64,000 bases of DNA from Prevotellaceae bacterium (GTDB lineage Bacteria > Bacteroidota > Bacteroidia > Bacteroidales > Bacteroidaceae), in NCBI GenBank assembly GCA_022508665.1, contig JAFLUT010000002.1, forward strand, positions 7,606 through 71,605, in the 5' to 3' direction. Below are positions 42,594 through 49,551 of this stretch, piece after piece. The position numbers were made by a program, and so were the translations under genes. Numbering within the stretch: position 1 is the stretch's first letter; each line of letters starts with the position of its first letter. The notes beneath the pieces were generated by a model, which ran no database searches, was not told the origin of the DNA, and saw only the letters and a list, made by a program, of their open reading frames with translations.

Positions 42594-42601
42594 CAAAGTT
42601 A
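42594..42601 (-). promoter_or_regulatory. -7 box TAACTTTG for the epimerase/GT arm
   Basis: Reverse-strand exact consensus about 30 nt upstream of the 42565 ATG. Confidence 0.5.
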
Positions 42602-42677
42602 CAACTTTTTTTTCAGTTTGTAACAAGATAATGATTCTAAATGTTCATTTGCAAAGACACAAGCACAGATTATCACA

Positions 42678-43754
42678 TCACTTTTTCAGCCATCCGATGC
42701 ACCCGGCGATAAGGCTGTACAGCAACACATCTATAATAAAGATATACGTTATCGTTATTCCCACTGTACACAATCCCCAGTTTATGAGACAGAAACAGGA
42801 AAACAAGCAAATGATGATAGCAAGCGTACTGTGCATGCCAAACCCCATGTCCATAATCATGTGATGAATATGCGTCTTGTCAGCATCAAATATATTTCTG
42901 CCCTGAATTTTCCTTTGCAGCGCCACTCTTATCACATCTATGCAAGGGATAAACACAAGCGTAAACGAAATGAGGAAAGCCTCCTCCGGGTATGGAACCC
43001 CCACTGCTTCATGCGGCATCTGATATTTTATGGTGAGATATGATATGACATAGCCGAGGAACAGACTGCCCGAATCTCCCATGAAGATTTTGTATTTCCC
43101 CACCGCCCCGAAGAAATTGTAAATGAAAAATGCCGTGAGCGCACCTGTGAGGCTAATGCTGATAAGGCAGAACAGAATAGAATTCAGATTATAGTAGAAA
43201 TACACCAGCGCTCCAAGAATGATGATAGAAAAGCCCGAAGCCAATCCGTCAATGCCGTCGATGAGGTTCATAGCATTGACTATCAGCAGAATAACAAAGA
43301 CGGTCAGCAGATAACTTATCCACAGAGGCAGTTCATAGATGCCAAACAGTCCGTGCAGATTGTTAATCATCAAGTTGCACAGCGGAAAGCCCAATGCCGC
43401 AATGCATTGGATTATAAACTTGTGAGAGGCCTTCAGCCCCTTCAAGTCGTCAAGAATGCCGACCAGATAAATCAATATAGCCCCTACACACATGACGAGG
43501 GCAGAGATACTAACCTCCAATTCCTTGCCCCTGCCATACATCATAAGCATGGCAATGGTCACCCCCAGCCCCATAGAAGGCATAAAGAGAGTGCCGCCCA
43601 GCCGTGGAATATCCTCCTTATGTATTTTTCTACCATTAGGCTGGTCATACAGTTTATGCTTATTGCAAATCTTTACAATGAAAGGAGTGCCAATCAGTGA
43701 AAACAGCAGGCTGCTCACAAAGGCTATGATGATATAGGTCAGGTTTATTGTCAT
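42678..43754 (-). CDS. WecA/MraY-family undecaprenyl-phosphate sugar-1-phosphate transferase
   Basis: 358-aa polytopic ORF with NAMNLIDGIDGLA and IPRLGG contexts. Confidence 0.9.
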   Translation of the reverse strand: MTINLTYIIIAFVSSLLFSLIGTPFIVKICNKHKLYDQPNGRKIHKEDIPRLGGTLFMPSMGLGVTIAMLMMYGRGKELEVSISALVMCVGAILIYLVGILDDLKGLKASHKFIIQCIAALGFPLCNLMINNLHGLFGIYELPLWISYLLTVFVILLIVNAMNLIDGIDGLASGFSIIILGALVYFYYNLNSILFCLISISLTGALTAFFIYNFFGAVGKYKIFMGDSGSLFLGYVISYLTIKYQMPHEAVGVPYPEEAFLISFTLVFIPCIDVIRVALQRKIQGRNIFDADKTHIHHMIMDMGFGMHSTLAIIICLFSCFCLINWGLCTVGITITYIFIIDVLLYSLIAGCIGWLKK

Positions 43755-43833
43755 TACGTTTACTAAATGCTGAATACGACTTCCGCCGTTATTATATAAA
43801 CGTCAATAACATCTTTTTATTGTAAAAAGCACA

Positions 43834-43863
43834 GGATATTTTGAGTGTTCAGCACAAATATCC
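43834..43863 (-). terminator. putative terminator after the lipocalin-like gene
   Basis: GGATATTT(T)G / CAAATATCC stem followed by CTTTTTAC on the reverse strand. Confidence 0.5.
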
Positions 43864-43872
43864 GTTCTCACC

Positions 43873-44313
43873 TCAGTATTTTCTGAACCGCAGCCTCAAC
43901 CGCTCGTTTGTCAGCACCATACTGCTGCCCGACAACCGCTCCACAGCAAACACCTCTTCCGTACCATATATGCCAAACGGTTCGAGCATGCTCTCATCCT
44001 CCACTGGAACAGTTTCGTATCGACCGATAAAGACATGAGGACTATGTACAGTCAGCGTGTTTTCGCTCTTTTCAAATCTGAACAAAATCTTCACCTCCTT
44101 ATCTACATTCCTCACTTGCAGCAGATGATTTTCCACGCCCCAATAGATGCCGCTCTCCTTCATGTTGCAGACACCGCCTGTGCTGAGAGTGTCAAAAGAC
44201 AAGAGTTGCCAGTTGCCGTCCAGTTTCCCATTGCCCGACGTCTCTATCTCGCAAGAGATGAGCAGCAACGGCAACAACAATAAGATGTATATCCCTTTCT
44301 TCATGTGCCTCAA
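43873..44313 (-). CDS. lipocalin-like lipoprotein
   Basis: Lipobox LLLISC followed by GKLDGNWQLLS, a typical lipocalin-like domain start. Confidence 0.68.
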   Translation of the reverse strand: MRHMKKGIYILLLLPLLLISCEIETSGNGKLDGNWQLLSFDTLSTGGVCNMKESGIYWGVENHLLQVRNVDKEVKILFRFEKSENTLTVHSPHVFIGRYETVPVEDESMLEPFGIYGTEEVFAVERLSGSSMVLTNERLRLRFRKY

Positions 44314-44316
44314 TGC

Positions 44317-45843
44317 TTATCTTTCAAATCTGAATGTGAGGCTACCGCCCGTATTGTTGCCCATGAGCGAGCCTCTGTCCATGCCCAACGCCGCAGTCAC
44401 GCTCAGCCCCCTGCACAGTTTGCCAAGGTCATACCTTGCCTCAGCGCCCACACTCACGTTGTGCCTCGGGTCGGAGTAAGGCTTATCGTATGTGCCAATC
44501 CCCTCCTGCCACGACGCCCTGATGCGGTAGCGCAAATCCTTAGTTGGCTGTCCTGCTATTCCCAAATGCCACGCAACGAAACGGTTGCACTCAAACACCA
44601 GTTGGTGGTCATCGTTATATATAGGCGACCTATACAACGGGTTACCCAACGTCTGCCCCCAATGCTGCCACCCCGGCTCAATGCTATTGTTATAGTAGTT
44701 ATCCACTCCGCCTATATGGTCGGGAATGTTTGGAGTTCTATCCACATACACAGGTCCACTCTGATATTTAGTATACACATACTCCAGCACAGCGTCAGTC
44801 ACCCATTTCTGCTTCTTGAAGTGAACATCAGCCCCAAGCATCATGTCTTTGGGCGGATAGAGCAGATACCTGCTGTCCTTCTTCACCATTTGCCCATTCT
44901 CATACGCATATCCGTCATAGTCAAGCAAGAACATCGCCGAATGGTCCTCAAAAAAATGGTCGGCATACAGTCCGTAAGCCACCTGTGGCGTGTCATAGTT
45001 AAGGCGCAACAACAGACTGCCCAGCATATTCCCCTCATTGTTCGCCTTCTCTCCGTCTATCGGGTCAGCACCGCCTCCCATAAACGCATGCAGGAACGAA
45101 GACAGCCCTCGCCCATGCTTCTGCTCAATATAATGCCCGTTATAAAATCTGTAATGCGTGCCTCCAAACTGCGAAGCCATTTCCGCCCCAGCCTCCACCG
45201 TGAAAGGCTTGTCCGCCTTGCCAAACCTCAGGTATCCAGCCTTGGTGTGCATAAGCACATGGCGGTCATAACTCCCGTAGCCCCACGCAAAATCCTTCTG
45301 AAAACCGCCGTCCGTATACGCCCCGTAAGCTAAATGCCCCTTGAACGCAAGGAATCCCTTCGTGCCGGGAACATTCCAATAGTCAGGCAAAGCGAGCCTC
45401 ACCTCGGGATAAGGACGAGCATTGATGCCAAAAGTCTGCGAGCCGCTGCTCAACTCACCGTTCTTCAGTTGCATAGGCTGCTGCTTCTGACCAACCGTGA
45501 GCATACCTTTCAGCCAACGGACATCCGCATACAGCTGCTGCACAAAGAAGACGCTCACATTGTTCGCCGCCACCACAACGTCAGCCCCATAGCCCACACC
45601 CCAATGCCTTGCCGAGTCATTCGCCACACTGCGAACCACCCCACCCCTCACATATCCAGAGTTGCTCTCCACCGACGGCACGCCATACCTGTTTGCCGTC
45701 AGCCAGAAAGGAGCATGTTCGCCGCCAGAGACAGCCCCCGACATTTCCACAGAATAAGAAACACCTTTGCCCAAGTTAGAAAACTGAGCAAAGGCAGAGA
45801 TTGTCATTGCTGACAACAATATCAGAAAAAAACTTCTTCTCAT
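44317..45843 (-). CDS. wzi: capsule assembly Wzi-family outer-membrane protein
   Basis: Signal peptide MRRSFFLILLSAMTISAFAQ, then the HAPFWLTANRYGV context. I choose the start at 45843, because the 45927 start would overlap asnA. Confidence 0.82.
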   Translation of the reverse strand: MRRSFFLILLSAMTISAFAQFSNLGKGVSYSVEMSGAVSGGEHAPFWLTANRYGVPSVESNSGYVRGGVVRSVANDSARHWGVGYGADVVVAANNVSVFFVQQLYADVRWLKGMLTVGQKQQPMQLKNGELSSGSQTFGINARPYPEVRLALPDYWNVPGTKGFLAFKGHLAYGAYTDGGFQKDFAWGYGSYDRHVLMHTKAGYLRFGKADKPFTVEAGAEMASQFGGTHYRFYNGHYIEQKHGRGLSSFLHAFMGGGADPIDGEKANNEGNMLGSLLLRLNYDTPQVAYGLYADHFFEDHSAMFLLDYDGYAYENGQMVKKDSRYLLYPPKDMMLGADVHFKKQKWVTDAVLEYVYTKYQSGPVYVDRTPNIPDHIGGVDNYYNNSIEPGWQHWGQTLGNPLYRSPIYNDDHQLVFECNRFVAWHLGIAGQPTKDLRYRIRASWQEGIGTYDKPYSDPRHNVSVGAEARYDLGKLCRGLSVTAALGMDRGSLMGNNTGGSLTFRFER

Positions 45844-45896
45844 CCTCTGTGGCAAATCATTGTTATTCAAGCAACAGCACGTTTGCTCGACACCGT

Positions 45897-46934
45897 TCAG
45901 ATGAGCGGCATGCCAGCAGCCGCACACTCCTTACGCATATCATCAGGCCAGATAGAAGCCTGAATTTCGCCTATGTGAGCCTTGTGCAGCAACACGAGGC
46001 AGAGACGGCTCTGGCCGATACCACCGCCCACAGAGAGAGGAATCTCGTCATTGAGCAACTTCTTGTGGAAATACAGTTCCGTGCGCTCCATTTTATCCTC
46101 CAATTCCAGTTGGCGGAGCAACGCCTCCTTATCCACACGTATGCCCATAGAACTAAGTTCAATGCTGCGGTTCAGCACGGGATACCACACCATGATGTCG
46201 CCGTTCAGACCAAAGTAACCCTCCTCATTCGGAGTACTCCAGTCGTCATAGTCAGGCGCACGCCCGTCATGCTTCTCGCCGTTAGACAGTTTGCCACCGA
46301 TGCCCATGATGAACACCGCCCCATACTTCTTGCAGATAGCATCCTCACGCTCCTTCGTAGATAGGTTAGGATACATCTGCAACAGTTCCTCCGAATGGAT
46401 AAAATGGATATTCTCCGGCAGGAACGGCTTAATCTGCGGATAAGTCTCGCATACGAGATATTCAGTGCGCAAAATGGCATAGTAGATAGCGCATACAATC
46501 TTCTTAAGGAAAGCCAAATTGCGGTCTTCCTCCCTGATAGTGCGGCACCAGTCCCACTGGTCAACATATAACGAATGCACATTGTCCAACTCCTCATCGC
46601 CACGTATGGCATTCATATCCGTATAAAGCCCATACCCCGGCTGAATGCCATATTCACCCAGCATCAGCCTCTTCCACTTAGCGAGAGAATGCACCACCTC
46701 CGCCACCTTGTCGCCCATGTCCATAATGGGGAACGACACAGGACGCTCCACGCCGTTCAAGTCATCGTTGATTCCCAGTCCACGCAGCACAAACAGCGGC
46801 GCTGTGACACGGCGCAGTCGAAGCGCAGTCGAAAGGTTCGCTTGAAAGAAATCCTTTATCAACTTTATTCCCTGCTCCGTCTGTGTAGGGTCGAGAAGTT
46901 GCTTATACCCCTCAACCTTTATCAATTTGCTCAT
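45897..46934 (-). CDS. asnA: aspartate--ammonia ligase
   Basis: MSKLIKVEGYKQLLDPTQTEQGIKLIKDFF, plus the YVDQWDWC and GGGIGQSRL contexts. Start is the internal ATG at 46934. Confidence 0.93.
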   Translation of the reverse strand: MSKLIKVEGYKQLLDPTQTEQGIKLIKDFFQANLSTALRLRRVTAPLFVLRGLGINDDLNGVERPVSFPIMDMGDKVAEVVHSLAKWKRLMLGEYGIQPGYGLYTDMNAIRGDEELDNVHSLYVDQWDWCRTIREEDRNLAFLKKIVCAIYYAILRTEYLVCETYPQIKPFLPENIHFIHSEELLQMYPNLSTKEREDAICKKYGAVFIMGIGGKLSNGEKHDGRAPDYDDWSTPNEEGYFGLNGDIMVWYPVLNRSIELSSMGIRVDKEALLRQLELEDKMERTELYFHKKLLNDEIPLSVGGGIGQSRLCLVLLHKAHIGEIQASIWPDDMRKECAAAGMPLI

Positions 46935-46998
46935 ATTGCGATTTGTTTTAAGTCCATTTTTTCGGCAAGAGACAGAGAAATCTCCACCGAAAGCGATG

Positions 46999-47006
46999 CA
47001 AAGATA
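46999..47006 (-). promoter_or_regulatory. -7 box TATCTTTG for asnA
   Basis: Reverse-strand TAnnTTTG match about 65 nt upstream of the ATG. Confidence 0.5.
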
Positions 47007-47112
47007 CAATTTATTTCCCAAAGCAAACACAAAACCCCACAAAAATAATTACAAAATGAAAGAAAAAATACCTCTTTCTCTTTCATTATTCCAAATATTC
47101 AGCAGAAATTAC

Positions 47113-47120
47113 TAACTTTG
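47113..47120 (+). promoter_or_regulatory. orphan -7 box TAACTTTG on the + strand
   Basis: Exact consensus with no downstream CDS. It points into the array-N region. Confidence 0.4.
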
Positions 47121-47126
47121 CATACA

Positions 47127-47338
47127 AAATGAAACAGCGATGACCCTCTGTCGTCATCGCCAACCTTTCTCCTCTCAATCGCACAACCGCACACATCCCC
47201 AAAACGCCACTTTTATGCCTCATAAGTCGCAACCGCCGGCACAGATAATCTGCATTGGCTGACTATTATAATCTGTCACGGCTGACTATTGTAATCGTGA
47301 ACGGCAGGGCATTTCAGCGGTCAGCCGTTGTCTTTTTG
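47127..47338 (+). ncRNA. candidate small RNA (unclassified) containing array N
   Basis: The orphan promoter at 47113-47120 is followed by a 5' hairpin (GCGATGAC/GTCATCGC, 47137-47160). A 3' helix ACGGCTGAC/GTCAGCCGT is then followed by TGTCTTTTT at 47329-47337. No ORF. Confidence 0.25.
47240..47331. repeat. direct-repeat array N, 4 units phased at 23 bp
   Basis: The units are CACAGATAATCTGCATTGGCTGA, CTATTATAATCTGTCACGGCTGA, CTATTGTAATCGTGAACGGCAGG and GCATTTCAGCGGTCAGCCGTTGT. Confidence 0.85.
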
Positions 47339-47388
47339 GAATATAAATAAGCAATTCTGCAATAGATGGAAAGCGATCACATCTACCT

Positions 47389-48558
47389 CTAATAGTTCAG
47401 TCCAAAATGCCACAAAGGAATGATGTTGAGCATGGGCTGCTCTATGTCATCCTTGACGATGAAGCCATGGCTCGCCTGTTCTATTTGCTGCTGCCCCTTG
47501 CGACGTCCCCCTACCTCAAATGTGAAATCACCAATCTGAAAGTCCGCAATGCCCGAAAAGACCACATTGTTGCGTACACGCATTTGATTGAGAAAAAACG
47601 TCTCACGCACGTTGCCAATCTCGGCAGTCGTAGGGCTGAGGTTGTAGATTATGTTAGGGTTGTCCAAATAGACCTTTTCCACCTTGCCCAATCCACGCAG
47701 TCCACCTGTGCCGTCACGCAACTGCATCGCCATTCCTGCCTCCTCCAACATCAGGACATAGTCGGCAATCACATTGCGGCTCACATCGAGCAGCGTAGCA
47801 ATCTTCGTGAAGTTAGGCTTGAAAGGGGCGCTCTCGCTTATGATAGTCAACAAGCGTTTCAGCTTGTATCCTGTCGAGGCATTCATGCGAGCAAAAAAAG
47901 GTATGTCCACCTCCAATGTCTGAGTGATGACCCCTCGCAGACGGCGGTCAAAACTGCGTTCACGGCTGAAAGGGTAATATCCAGTGCGCAGATACTGGCG
48001 GAACAGAGGCAAAGGGTTCTCCACCATTCCCGTGTCCGCTTGATGAGAAGCAATTTGCTCCACCGAATATACTGGCACATCAATGTTATGAAACATTTTC
48101 AGATACTCACGGAACGACAGCCCTTGCATCGCATACATCACGGCACGTCGGCTGAGGTCATTTGCTCCTTTGCGTATGTCGAGTATTGACGAGCCAGTGA
48201 AGATGACGTATAACTCTGAGTGGTAGTCACTGATGAGTTTCAGTTCTCTCGACCATTCGGGATATTTGTGTATCTCATCTATTATTAAATGTGTAAATCC
48301 TCTGTCCGTCAGTTCTTTGGCAAGGGAAAGCATGGTGTGGTTGGCAAAATACAAATCTTCGGCAGTGACATACAGTGCCGTGTTTCGGTTTAGCCTTTCC
48401 TTGATGTGCTGCAACACAAGAGTAGTCTTGCCCACTCCACGTGGTCCGACAATGCCTATCAGATGATCATTCCAGTCTATCTCGTCATATAGATAGCGGT
48501 GGAAATCAGACTTCACTCGTCCAATCATCATGCTATGATATATAAGTAATGTCTCCAT
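47389..48558 (-). CDS. AAA-family ATPase with DUF4143-like C-terminal region
   Basis: Walker A GPRGVGKTT, Walker B HLIIDEIH, 389 aa. Confidence 0.85.
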   Translation of the reverse strand: METLLIYHSMMIGRVKSDFHRYLYDEIDWNDHLIGIVGPRGVGKTTLVLQHIKERLNRNTALYVTAEDLYFANHTMLSLAKELTDRGFTHLIIDEIHKYPEWSRELKLISDYHSELYVIFTGSSILDIRKGANDLSRRAVMYAMQGLSFREYLKMFHNIDVPVYSVEQIASHQADTGMVENPLPLFRQYLRTGYYPFSRERSFDRRLRGVITQTLEVDIPFFARMNASTGYKLKRLLTIISESAPFKPNFTKIATLLDVSRNVIADYVLMLEEAGMAMQLRDGTGGLRGLGKVEKVYLDNPNIIYNLSPTTAEIGNVRETFFLNQMRVRNNVVFSGIADFQIGDFTFEVGGRRKGQQQIEQASHGFIVKDDIEQPMLNIIPLWHFGLNY

Positions 48559-48612
48559 TTTCAGATGTTATTGGTTTTCAACGGACAAAGATAGTAAAAG
48601 CACAGTAAAACA

Positions 48613-48679
48613 GCAAGAAATCGCACTAAAAAAATGCATTTTTTATTAGCAACTGCATTTTTTTAGTGCGATTTCTTGC
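48613..48679. repeat. 26-bp perfect inverted repeat with 15-nt loop
   Basis: GCAAGAAATCGCACTAAAAAAATGCA at 48613-48638 has its exact reverse complement at 48654-48679. Confidence 0.95.
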
Positions 48680-48702
48680 AAATAGGAGGGGTTAGACAAG
48701 GG

Positions 48703-49206
48703 CTAATCTTGAGAAAGTTTATCTATCATATTTGCTTCAAATTTATCAATGGCTTCTATGTATTCCTTATAGTGTGCATTATCTTTGCGGAATATGGCTG
48801 AAGCAAAATAACGTTGTCCTGCGTATTCTATATTTACAGTACGCAGAGTAAACCTGTCACGATAAGGATATTGATTGAACCATTTTGAGAAAAGACGGTT
48901 GCGAACAGCCTGTCTGCCATCTTTTGTATCACAAATATAATCAAGCAACACATCATTTGATTGGAAAAACTCCTCTATTATTACCGTTATAGTTTGTTGC
49001 ATCTTTTCATCCCTTGTTGTATTAGGAACGCCTCGTGGTATTAAGAAAATCTGATAAGCATTTCCAACCGAGAACATATAATCCTCAACAAATCCTATCT
49101 CGTATGTCAAACATTCGTCCGTAGTAAAACAAAACGCCCCCTCGGAAGACACCTGCACACTATATGGCGAGCGTCTATTGATAGACTCTACAGAAAGCCC
49201 TATCAT
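48703..49206 (-). CDS. hypothetical protein (possibly DUF6169-like)
   Basis: 167-aa ORF with no recognisable catalytic motif. The family assignment is from memory only. Confidence 0.55.
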   Translation of the reverse strand: MIGLSVESINRRSPYSVQVSSEGAFCFTTDECLTYEIGFVEDYMFSVGNAYQIFLIPRGVPNTTRDEKMQQTITVIIEEFFQSNDVLLDYICDTKDGRQAVRNRLFSKWFNQYPYRDRFTLRTVNIEYAGQRYFASAIFRKDNAHYKEYIEAIDKFEANMIDKLSQD

Positions 49207-49211
49207 GTCGC

Positions 49212-49364
49212 TTATGGGTTTAGTTGCATAAGTTTATAGCCTCGGTTTTCAAATTCTGCCTTGTTTATTTTACCTTTCACCAAGGACTCAAAGGCGTTGC
49301 GTGCCTCCAATGCGTGTTTGAAAGCAGCAATCATTTCTTCTTTGTTTTTATATTTCCGTACCAT
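49212..49364 (-). CDS. small hypothetical protein (50 aa)
   Basis: MVRKYKNKEEMIAAFKHALEARNAFESL... A reverse-strand TACTTTTG -7 box at 49395-49402 lies inside the longer ORF, so I prefer the ATG at 49364. The stop is 5 nt before the next gene. Confidence 0.4.
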   Translation of the reverse strand: MVRKYKNKEEMIAAFKHALEARNAFESLVKGKINKAEFENRGYKLMQLNP

Positions 49365-49394
49365 AATGCTTTTGTTGTTATTTCTTTTCAGCCA

Positions 49395-49402
49395 CAAAAG
49401 TA
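49395..49402 (-). promoter_or_regulatory. -7 box TACTTTTG for the small-ORF/167-aa/ATPase cassette
   Basis: Reverse-strand TAnnTTTG match about 35 nt upstream of the 49364 ATG. Confidence 0.45.
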
Positions 49403-49487
49403 CGCATAAATTCACATAAAACAAAGTTTTTGTGGAGTTTTTTATTGTTGCTCAGAATAAGGGTGAGTTTGTGTATCTGCAAAAAAC

Positions 49488-49519
49488 TCGGGCATGATGT
49501 TGTGGAACATCACGCCCGA
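49488..49519 (-). terminator. intrinsic terminator after the 745-aa T9SS cargo gene
   Basis: The reverse strand reads TCGGGCGTGATGTT-CCAC-AACATCATGCCCGA followed by GTTTTTT. Confidence 0.7.
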
Positions 49520-49551
49520 ATGGGTTTGTTTGGTCTGAATGTATCAGTAGG

